Positions 19,192 to 26,955 of a stretch of DNA of 33,469 nucleotides are shown piece by piece. A program made the position numbers and the translations under genes. This stretch comes from Oculatellaceae cyanobacterium bins.114 (lineage in GTDB: Bacteria > Cyanobacteriota > Cyanobacteriia > Elainellales > Elainellaceae), in the NCBI GenBank assembly GCA_033764315.1, contig JANRJA010000044.1:1-33469 (forward strand), given 5' to 3'. A model generated the notes under the pieces. The model was not told where the DNA came from. It ran no database searches and saw only the letters and a list, made by a program, of their open reading frames with translations. Every line of letters starts with the position of its first letter. Position 1 is the stretch's first letter.

Positions 19192-19566
19192 ATGACGAGC
19201 CTATTTGAACAACTGGGTGGTGCTGCTGCGGTTGATCTAGCGGTTGATAAGTTTTACGAGCGTGTTTTGCACGATGACCGGATCAAACACTTTTTTGCAA
19301 ATATCGATATGGTCAAGCAGCGGGCGCACCAGAAAGCCTTTCTCACCTATGCCTTTGGTGGCACCGATAAATACGATGGTCGCTACATGCGCGAAGCTCA
19401 TAAAGAATTGGTAGAACAGCAAGGCTTAAACAGTGATCATTTTGATGCAGTTGCTGAGAATCTAATGACCACCCTTAAAGAGATGGGGGTTACGGATGAC
19501 CTGCTGGCTCAAGTCGCGGCGATCGCAGCAGCACCACAACATAAAAGAGATGTGTTGAATCAGTGA
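19192..19566 (+). CDS. glbN: Group I truncated hemoglobin (cyanoglobin)
   Basis: LGGAAAVDLAVDKFYERVL..DDRIKHFF, QRAHQKAFLTYAFGG, MREAHKEL and HKRDVLNQ closely resemble Synechocystis-type GlbN; distal, proximal and C-terminal His retained. Confidence 0.95.
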   Translation: MTSLFEQLGGAAAVDLAVDKFYERVLHDDRIKHFFANIDMVKQRAHQKAFLTYAFGGTDKYDGRYMREAHKELVEQQGLNSDHFDAVAENLMTTLKEMGVTDDLLAQVAAIAAAPQHKRDVLNQ

Positions 19567-19677
19567 TCAATGCCCTTTTCTTCCAATCCCCTCACACATC
19601 TGATGGTTAGCAGTGGAGTGGGACGAGGGCAAAGCCTTTAAGTACACCCAAATTGCCATAGAAGTCAGACAGTTTTA

Positions 19678-19926
19678 TCAACAATAGAAATGACCGCGAT
19701 CCAACACGATTTCTCCATGATCAGGCACCCACGCAACCCAGGTGTTGGAGGACTCTTGGCAGAGTAACCGGGCTTCATCAAACGCATAATCACTGGGGGT
19801 GTGGAGCAATTTGACCCAGGTATCGCGGTTGTAAGTGATGTGGCAAACAGGGTTCCAGCCCGAAGCGATCGCCCACTCTAATGTAGATGCGAGTAGACAG
19901 CCTGAATGAGGTGTGGGGAAGGACAT
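19678..19926 (-). CDS. Conserved cyanobacterial hypothetical protein
   Basis: WVKLLHTPSDYAFDEARLLCQES..WVAWVPDHGEIVL motif recognised from cyanobacterial hypothetical proteins; ATG 19926. Confidence 0.7.
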   Translation of the reverse strand: MSFPTPHSGCLLASTLEWAIASGWNPVCHITYNRDTWVKLLHTPSDYAFDEARLLCQESSNTWVAWVPDHGEIVLDRGHFYC

Positions 19927-20174
19927 ACGCTTGCTCCGTTTCAAATTCACGACAACTGATAGCGACTCTTCTCCTCAAGCAGGAACAAAGGAGTTGAATC
20001 AAAACTGTATCAATTTTTACAAAATAAGGGTGCGATCGCTCAATTACCTCCAATAAATTAACAAAACCTGACAAATTCTTGGCTGCAACTCAGCGTTGAT
20101 GCTGTTCAAGATTTGGGTCTTTTGTGTCCTAGTAGAGGTCATTAGCCAACAATGAATGCCCGAATTCAGTAATT

Positions 20175-20255
20175 GGTAGTCCTAAACAAGTAAGGATATG
20201 CTGCGCTCCGTACGGCATATCCTTACTCAAAAATCATTACTTTTAGAGGACTACC
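20175..20255. repeat. 81-bp nested inverted-repeat element (MITE-like)
   Basis: Terminal IR GGTAGTCCT/AGGACTACC and internal 13-bp stem AGTAAGGATATGC (20189-20201) / GCATATCCTTACT (20215-20227). Confidence 0.7.
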
Positions 20256-20470
20256 CAGCAACTTATCAAGAATTTGAGGGCTTTAGATTCAGTGCGATTG
20301 CAGTCATAAATACCCACTCAAATAGATGACGCACGATTATCCATATAGCCTCTAATTGCGGTCTTTTTCCAACTCTTGTCAATTACAAACATGGGTTCAG
20401 CGATCGCTCATTTACCCTCGCAACTCAAATCACGCCTTAAGATAGTAGGTTGAGGCATTTTAAACGACCC

Positions 20471-21568
20471 ATGACAGCGACCCGTCCCTACCCCCCGGCT
20501 GATTTACCTGAGCAGAACGATTCCTCGACTGCATCACACGCTCTAGCGAAACCTTTGTTGGGTTTGTCGTTAGCAGAGCTAACCGAGTGGGTGCAACAGC
20601 AGGGACAACCCGCCTATCGCGGCAAACAGTTACACCAGTGGATTTATCAACAGGGAGCGCGATCGCTCACAGATATTTCGGTATTTTCAAAACAGTGGCG
20701 ATCGCAGGTTGCAGAGGTTGCCATTGGGCGATCGCAGCTTCATTACCGCTCGGCGGCACCCGATGGCACGGTTAAGTTTCTACTGCGGTTGGAGGATGGG
20801 CAAATCATTGAAACGGTAGGCATTCCCACTGAGAAACGTTTGACCGTATGCGTGTCATCTCAGGTAGGGTGTCCGATGGCCTGTGATTTCTGTGCTACAG
20901 GCAAAGGTGGATTTACCCGTAACTTGGCGACTCACGAAATTGTGGATCAAGTATTGACTGTGCAGGAAGATTTTGGGCAACGGGTGAGCAATGTTGTGTT
21001 TATGGGCATGGGTGAGCCGTTGTTAAACACCGAAAACGTGCTAGAAGCGGTGCGATCGCTCAACATTGATGTAGGCATTGGGCAACGTTCTATCACCCTA
21101 TCTACCGTCGGGATTCCTGGTCACATCCGCCGACTTGCCGATCATCACCTGCAAGCTACCCTGGCCATTAGTCTTCATGCTCCCAACCAACTTTTGCGAG
21201 AACAACTGATTCCCAGTGCTCACCACTATCCTTTGACTGAGTTGCTGAACGAGTGCCGAGATTATGTTAAGCAAACTGGGCGGCGAGTCACCTTTGAATA
21301 CATCTTGCTGGGCAACCTGAACGATCGCCCAGAACATGCGGACGAGTTGGCTCACGAGCTACATGGCTTTCAGAGCCACGTCAACTTGATTCCTTACAAT
21401 CCTATTAAGGAAGTTGACTATGAACGCCCTACCCCTCGGCGGATCGAAGCATTTGTCAAAGCCCTACAAGAGCGACATATTGCGGTTAGCGTTCGTCGCT
21501 CTAGGGGGTTAGAAGCGGATGCCGCTTGTGGGCAACTCCGAGCCTCTCAAATTAATCTACTGACTTAG
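20471..21568 (+). CDS. rlmN: 23S rRNA A2503/tRNA A37 C2-methyltransferase (radical SAM)
   Basis: [33 protein letters not shown] and DAACGQL motifs. Confidence 0.97.
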   Translation: MTATRPYPPADLPEQNDSSTASHALAKPLLGLSLAELTEWVQQQGQPAYRGKQLHQWIYQQGARSLTDISVFSKQWRSQVAEVAIGRSQLHYRSAAPDGTVKFLLRLEDGQIIETVGIPTEKRLTVCVSSQVGCPMACDFCATGKGGFTRNLATHEIVDQVLTVQEDFGQRVSNVVFMGMGEPLLNTENVLEAVRSLNIDVGIGQRSITLSTVGIPGHIRRLADHHLQATLAISLHAPNQLLREQLIPSAHHYPLTELLNECRDYVKQTGRRVTFEYILLGNLNDRPEHADELAHELHGFQSHVNLIPYNPIKEVDYERPTPRRIEAFVKALQERHIAVSVRRSRGLEADAACGQLRASQINLLT

Positions 21569-21574
21569 AAGCGG

Positions 21575-21805
21575 TTAGCGGTGGGCTGGAATGCCGGGAG
21601 CATAGGCTTCTATTACATTCCCTGTGCGAGAGCAGGTAATGAGTAAATAGTCACACGTAGAACATTGAGTCCGAACCATATGGTTGGTTAAAAGATAATG
21701 GCGTTCTGCGGAACTGCCACAATTTGGGCAGTAAATTTTTTGTATAGTAGATGACTTTAAAGCTTCTTGCTCTAATTTGTTTTCAAGAAAATGAGTCGTG
21801 ACCAT
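21575..21805 (-). CDS. Small Zn-ribbon protein (family often mislabelled 'replication restart helicase PriA'); start uncertain
   Basis: CPNCGS.AERHY...RTQC..CDYL..C...G.VIEAYAP; 76 aa at most, no helicase motifs. Confidence 0.8.
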   Translation of the reverse strand: MVTTHFLENKLEQEALKSSTIQKIYCPNCGSSAERHYLLTNHMVRTQCSTCDYLLITCSRTGNVIEAYAPGIPAHR

Positions 21806-21970
21806 GTGTTACACCAATTTTAGAAATGTAAGTTTTATCGTTACAAAAGAAACAAAAATGTATTTTAATTAACCAATCCTACACAAAGTAATAATAGGAA
21901 AGGTTATTCAACATTCATTTTTATTATGTCAGTTTTTCTAAAAGGTGGCAATGTAAGATTAATAAAATTT

Positions 21971-22007
21971 GAACGGGGATCGCTTGCCTGATAAGCGATC
22001 CCCGTTC
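21971..22007. terminator. Perfect 15-bp stem-loop in AT-rich intergenic DNA (terminator or structured leader)
   Basis: GAACGGGGATCGCTT (21971-21985) / AAGCGATCCCCGTTC (21993-22007) with A/T-rich flanks on both sides. Confidence 0.55.
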
Positions 22008-22250
22008 TTAATATTTTATTAACAATTAAGCTGCAACTATCGATTGATATAGATTTGGAGAGATTTTTTGGAGCAAAAAAGACAATCTTTAATTTATCTT
22101 CATCAGATCTTTTTTGGTTTTGTGATTTATTTGACTATTTTTATTAATTAAATATGAGGCGGATTGTAGAAAAGATTAATAATAATTAATCACTTTGAAA
22201 ATTAGCTCAATATAGGAGTTGAGAGCTGATTTTCAAATAGGGATTTGATC

Positions 22251-22282
22251 TTCCTTAAATCCTCTTTCAAAAAGGGGACTTC
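22251..22282. repeat. Degenerate cyanobacterial short dispersed repeat
   Basis: TTCCTTAAATCCTCTTTCAAAAAGGGGACTTC resembles the common CCCCCTAAATCCCCCTT..AAGGGGGACTT repeat. Confidence 0.45.
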
Positions 22283-22396
22283 AGCCTTTTGTTTGGATTC
22301 CCCTTTGAACCAGACTCGACAAAAGCGACTATTTATACACGACTCTTCCGCACTTGTTTTGTTACTTTGCTAAAAGCTGGGCTTGATTTGAGGGGT

Positions 22397-24760
22397 TTAG
22401 GCCGTGACTTGATAGGCAAAGCTCAAGCTTGCCCAAGCATCAACGCTCAATAGATAAGCGTCAGAGGGGATATCGCTTGTAGGGGCGATCGCCACACTGG
22501 CTTGGTGTAAATCTTGCAATAGAGCGTGGACAACCTCTAATGCATTGGAGAGTGCCCCCACTCGATAGACTGTATTGTTAGAGCCAACGGCGGTATCAAG
22601 CGTGGCAATACATTGAGTCAGTGGGGCACGACTAAACACTATATGAATTTCGGTCAAGCCAGCAGGGCCATTGATAATCCAGGCGGGGGCAGGAACTGGG
22701 GGAGGAAGCAAGACGGTTGCCCCAGGCGCAATTACATTTTGAGGGTTGGGTTGGTCAGGGTCGCTAGATGAGATGGGGTAAAGGGCGATCGCTCCACTGC
22801 GGGTATCAGCTCCTAACAACGTGAAGTAGACTGGGCGATCGCTGTAATTTTGCAGACGATATCGAACGTGACTGCCAATAGTAGTTGTGGAAATACTGCC
22901 GTCAGTGGCTAATTGCGCCAACTTATTTTGAGGGGGTTGCCAGGGCGCACGGCTACTTTCTTGGTGAGCGATCACGCGCTCTTGTGGGGCAATGATTTCC
23001 AGGGTCGCCCTCACTCCTAAACGAGAGGAACCGGGGTTGTTGATTAATCGCAATAGCTTCATTGCCAGGAGCGATCGCAACTGAGGGGTTAAACGATTGA
23101 CGGCTGTTTTGACAGCTTCATCTCCTTGAATCAGGGTATTAGGAACAGCAACTCGTCCTAAATTAAACAGCCCATATCTGCCTTTAGGAGAAACATCATT
23201 AGTGGGTGCCACTTCTGAGAGGTTTATATGGGGTGAATTTGTCAGGGCCGTTGCAACGGTTTGAGCATCTCGGATAACTCTGCCAAAGACATAATCAACA
23301 GGTTGCTCTGCACCAACAACAGTTGATACTTTAGGAACTGCTGCAAAGGCACTTGTCGCATCAACTCGCTCGATCCGTTCTAAGGTCGAGTCTAGGGCAA
23401 TGCCAAGACTGATGTTGCGGGGCAACAGGCGCACGGCTTCTCGCACAAACTGCCCCACATAGGGCACGGCTGCCGCTGTTGGATTGACTAATCGGGCTTT
23501 GAGCATTAACCCTTCTCGCGATCGCACTTGTAATAAGTGAGTTTCTTGAGTTAAGGGAGTTGAGCGATCAGATAGCTCCGTGGCAGAGGGAATGGGTTGT
23601 TCTAAGCGATCGCCTTCTGAGGGGTGCACTGGCTCGCCTGGTTGTGGCAACAAGGTCAATACTGTGTTGCTGCCGTAATAGTCCATTGTGCTGCTGGGTA
23701 AACCACCCACCCACAGTTGCAGGGTTTTGCCATCCTCTTCGATCGCTGTGACAACTCCATCAGCAGCGGGTGTTAAAGGAGCAAGATGATAAGCCGTGTT
23801 AGGGGTTTGTCCTTTGGCTTCACTCAGTTGAGGTTGTTGTTCCTCACCTGCACTTTGATTGACCAGACTGGCGACTCGAGAAAAGTTAACCCGCAGGGTC
23901 GTGGCGGGCATCGTTTGCCACAGTTGTTGAGTCAGGGCATAGGTAAACAGCCCAGCACTAAATCCACTCCACTGAGCCTCGATCGCCCCTTGCTGTTGTC
24001 GAGCCGCGGTGAGGGTAATACCTGGAAACTGCTCTGCTTGTTGATTTGCCCAGGTGTCGCGAGATAGCTTGAGTTGACTCAATAACTGATCTTGCAGTGC
24101 CAGTTCGCGATCATTCAGTTGCCCCGTGGGTGTGCTGGGGCGAGAACGAATCCGCAAGTTATTTTGAATGACTCTGTTGGGATCGACATAACTGAGATCT
24201 AAAACAGTTGTGACTTGATCCGTCGGAAGCGATCGCACTAATAAATTTAATGTGTCTAATAGCACATCATGAATCGCTGGATTTTCTTCAGTGGGCAAAA
24301 CCCCGTCGATTGGCACGAGACTGCTGTGGGTGTGATCTGCTATAGCATCTATTTTGACTCGACTGCCCAATCCGCTGAAGTGAAAGACGACCACATCGCC
24401 AGGGCGAGCTTGCTGGGTCAGGTGCATGAGAAAGCCATCTTCGATTGCCTGACGAGTGCCTTGCTGGTCAGTCAGGGTCACTATATCACTGGGGTGAAAC
24501 CCAAATCGATGAATCAACAGTTCTCGCTGCAACTCAACATCAGTGAGACATCCATTCAAAGCGTTGCCTCGAACTGGGATATAGTCGCAGACTTGTTCTG
24601 GATATTGGTTGATCCCTATTAGCAGTGCTAGTTTGCGGTGGGTGGGTTGAGCCAGGACTTGTTGATACTGGGTTAGCACCGACACCCCTATGTCGCTGAA
24701 GCCAATGGCACTCAGCACCACACCCGTCTGTTGCAAAAAAGCCCGTCTTGTCAGTCCCAT
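22397..24760 (-). CDS. Caspase-family (peptidase C14) pseudo-orthocaspase with a Tat-like signal and a DUF4384-like C-terminal domain
   Basis: RKLALLIGINQY, LNGCLTDVELQRELLIHRFGF, FHFSGLGS (His position is Leu), VLDLSY (Cys position is Ser), AGLFTYALTQ; N-terminus MGLTRRAFLQ. Confidence 0.9.
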   Translation of the reverse strand: MGLTRRAFLQQTGVVLSAIGFSDIGVSVLTQYQQVLAQPTHRKLALLIGINQYPEQVCDYIPVRGNALNGCLTDVELQRELLIHRFGFHPSDIVTLTDQQGTRQAIEDGFLMHLTQQARPGDVVVFHFSGLGSRVKIDAIADHTHSSLVPIDGVLPTEENPAIHDVLLDTLNLLVRSLPTDQVTTVLDLSYVDPNRVIQNNLRIRSRPSTPTGQLNDRELALQDQLLSQLKLSRDTWANQQAEQFPGITLTAARQQQGAIEAQWSGFSAGLFTYALTQQLWQTMPATTLRVNFSRVASLVNQSAGEEQQPQLSEAKGQTPNTAYHLAPLTPAADGVVTAIEEDGKTLQLWVGGLPSSTMDYYGSNTVLTLLPQPGEPVHPSEGDRLEQPIPSATELSDRSTPLTQETHLLQVRSREGLMLKARLVNPTAAAVPYVGQFVREAVRLLPRNISLGIALDSTLERIERVDATSAFAAVPKVSTVVGAEQPVDYVFGRVIRDAQTVATALTNSPHINLSEVAPTNDVSPKGRYGLFNLGRVAVPNTLIQGDEAVKTAVNRLTPQLRSLLAMKLLRLINNPGSSRLGVRATLEIIAPQERVIAHQESSRAPWQPPQNKLAQLATDGSISTTTIGSHVRYRLQNYSDRPVYFTLLGADTRSGAIALYPISSSDPDQPNPQNVIAPGATVLLPPPVPAPAWIINGPAGLTEIHIVFSRAPLTQCIATLDTAVGSNNTVYRVGALSNALEVVHALLQDLHQASVAIAPTSDIPSDAYLLSVDAWASLSFAYQVTA

Positions 24761-25008
24761 GCTTCTATTTCAGCATTAAATCAGCATTAAAATTGCCTCC
24801 CTTCCTCACAAAATTTCAAGAAAAATCAATCCACATCAGGGGATCAAACTTCCTGTAAGGATTGTTTTTGAGAGTGAACCGTCTATAAAATCTAATGAAA
24901 TGTTGAAGAGCGGTATAAAAATTTGCTCTGACACTTAAAGTGTTTTTTGTTAATAAAAAAAATTGAATAGCTTGAGAAGTGGGATTTTAGCTGGAGCATG
25001 AATGAACG

Positions 25009-26955
25009 GTGGGCGTAAATTATTGGAGTTCACGGTTGCGTTTTGGGGGGGTATGGGTTGCTTTTGAGACTATTGGATTATTAGTAATCCTCTTGTCTGA
25101 GAGCAGTGTCGCAACGACCTTGCCGATTTCTAGTAGTGCTCTCAAGGTTTCTCCAGCAACTGAGCTTCGAGCGTCTATTCGAGTAACTCCTTTGCTTTTA
25201 AAAGAACCAGAGGCGACTCCTGCAATCTCTCCTTCTGAGTCGAGTGGAGAGGCCGGACTCGATGCCATTTCTGGTTCGCTTGATACTCCTGCTCCAGTCT
25301 TATTGGGTCAAGTCCCTCCTGACACGCTTCAGCCTCCTTCGCGCGATCGCCTGCCAGAGCCTCGCCCTCTGCTGCCTCCACCTGATAATTTGCTTCAGAC
25401 TGTGCCAGTTTTGCCTCCACCAGAGCCGACCGTTCCCTCGGATGCCGCAACCCCAGAGGGAGATACGCTATTTGTGAGAGAGTTTGAGGTGGTTGGCAAT
25501 ACCGTTTTTAGCCCAGAAGAATTGGCGACGATCACAAACCCCTACATAAACCGCAACCTGACATTTGCAGAACTGTTGCAGGTGCGATCGGCGATTACTC
25601 AACTGTATGTCGATCGAGGATATATCAACTCAGGGGCTTACATTCCCCCACAAACACCGGAAGATGGGGTGCTCCGAATTGAGGTGGTCGAGGGAGAAAT
25701 TGAACAGTTCAACATTACAGGCACTCGTCGCCTGCAAACTAGCTATGTGCGCGATCGCCTTCGCCTCAGTGCTGGCCCCCCTTTTAACCTAAACCAATTA
25801 GTTGAGAGGTTGCGGTTACTACAACTCGATCCGCTGATTGACAATATCTCTGCTGAACTGGCGTCTAGTCCTCGCCCTGGTTCCAACATTTTAAATGTGC
25901 AGGTGACGGAAGCCGATCCTTTTAATCTGCAACTGTTTACCAATAATGGGCGATCGCCTGCGGTTGGTAGTTGGCGGCGAGGTGTGCAGCTTAATCAGGC
26001 CAATTTGCTGGGTGTGGGAGATGTGCTGAGTGTTGGCTACACCAACACCAGAGGCAGCAATGCGGCAGATCTACTCTATACAGTGCCGATCAACCCACGC
26101 AATGGCACCCTTAGTTTTAGCGTTGGGATTGCCGATAGCTCAGTGATCGAAGAACCGTTTAATGCCCTCGATATCCAATCAGACTCTCGTTATTACGAAC
26201 TGACCTATCGTCAACCGTTGATGCAAACCCCGTCTGAAGAGTTTGCTTTAAGCCTAACGGCCTCTCGTCAAGAGAGTCGCAGCGAGTTTTTAGAGGATGT
26301 GTTAGGAGAATCCATTCCCTTTCCAGTATCAGGGGCTGACTCAGAGGGACGAACCCGGCTCTCGATCGTGCAATTTGCTCAAGATTGGACTCGGCGAGGC
26401 AGCCGTGAAGTATTGGCAGCTCGATCTCAATTTAGTCTTGGGTTGGATGCCTTTGATGCGACGGTGAATGAGTCTGGACCCGACGGTCAGTTCTTTAGCT
26501 GGCGAGGTCAGGGGCAATGGGTGAGACTTTTAGCACCTGACACCTTATTCTTGTTGCGTGGCGAGGTGCAGTTAGCCGATAGCGACTTGGTGACGTTAGA
26601 GCAATTTGGGATTGGTGGACAAACCACGGTGCGAGGTTATCGGCAAGACAATCTTTTAACAGATAATGGAGTGCTCGTCTCAGCCGAGGTGCGATTACCC
26701 ATTTTGCGATCGCGCCGTCTCAATGGGGTGTTGCAAATTATTCCTTTTATTGATTTAGGAACTGGATGGAATGCGAGTGATCCACAACCTGATCCGAGAA
26801 CGCTCCTCTCTACGGGGCTAGGTCTTCAATGGCAAATGGGTAATACACTAACCGCCCGAATTGATTGGGGCATTCCACTCGTTGATGTGAGGCAAGAGGG
26901 AGACACATGGCAAGAAAACGGAGTCTATTTCTCGGTCGTTTACAGTCCTTTTTGA
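25009..26955 (+). CDS. ShlB/FhaC/HecB family (TpsB/Omp85) outer-membrane transporter
   Basis: POTRA motifs GNTVFSPEEL and YVDRGYINSGAYIPPQ, barrel loop VRGY, C-terminal GVYFSVVYSPF; start codon uncertain. Confidence 0.93.
   Translation: MGVNYWSSRLRFGGVWVAFETIGLLVILLSESSVATTLPISSSALKVSPATELRASIRVTPLLLKEPEATPAISPSESSGEAGLDAISGSLDTPAPVLLGQVPPDTLQPPSRDRLPEPRPLLPPPDNLLQTVPVLPPPEPTVPSDAATPEGDTLFVREFEVVGNTVFSPEELATITNPYINRNLTFAELLQVRSAITQLYVDRGYINSGAYIPPQTPEDGVLRIEVVEGEIEQFNITGTRRLQTSYVRDRLRLSAGPPFNLNQLVERLRLLQLDPLIDNISAELASSPRPGSNILNVQVTEADPFNLQLFTNNGRSPAVGSWRRGVQLNQANLLGVGDVLSVGYTNTRGSNAADLLYTVPINPRNGTLSFSVGIADSSVIEEPFNALDIQSDSRYYELTYRQPLMQTPSEEFALSLTASRQESRSEFLEDVLGESIPFPVSGADSEGRTRLSIVQFAQDWTRRGSREVLAARSQFSLGLDAFDATVNESGPDGQFFSWRGQGQWVRLLAPDTLFLLRGEVQLADSDLVTLEQFGIGGQTTVRGYRQDNLLTDNGVLVSAEVRLPILRSRRLNGVLQIIPFIDLGTGWNASDPQPDPRTLLSTGLGLQWQMGNTLTARIDWGIPLVDVRQEGDTWQENGVYFSVVYSPF

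Noticed and set aside
20128..20150. Fluoride riboswitch (minus-strand GCTAATGACCTCTAC; similar GGCTAATGACCTC at about 4938)
   Set aside because: Only the 3' half resembles the motif. The 5' GGCGATGAGG-type stem/pseudoknot partner is absent and no fluoride-related gene follows.
21575..21805. priA helicase
   Set aside because: At most 76 aa and no helicase motifs.
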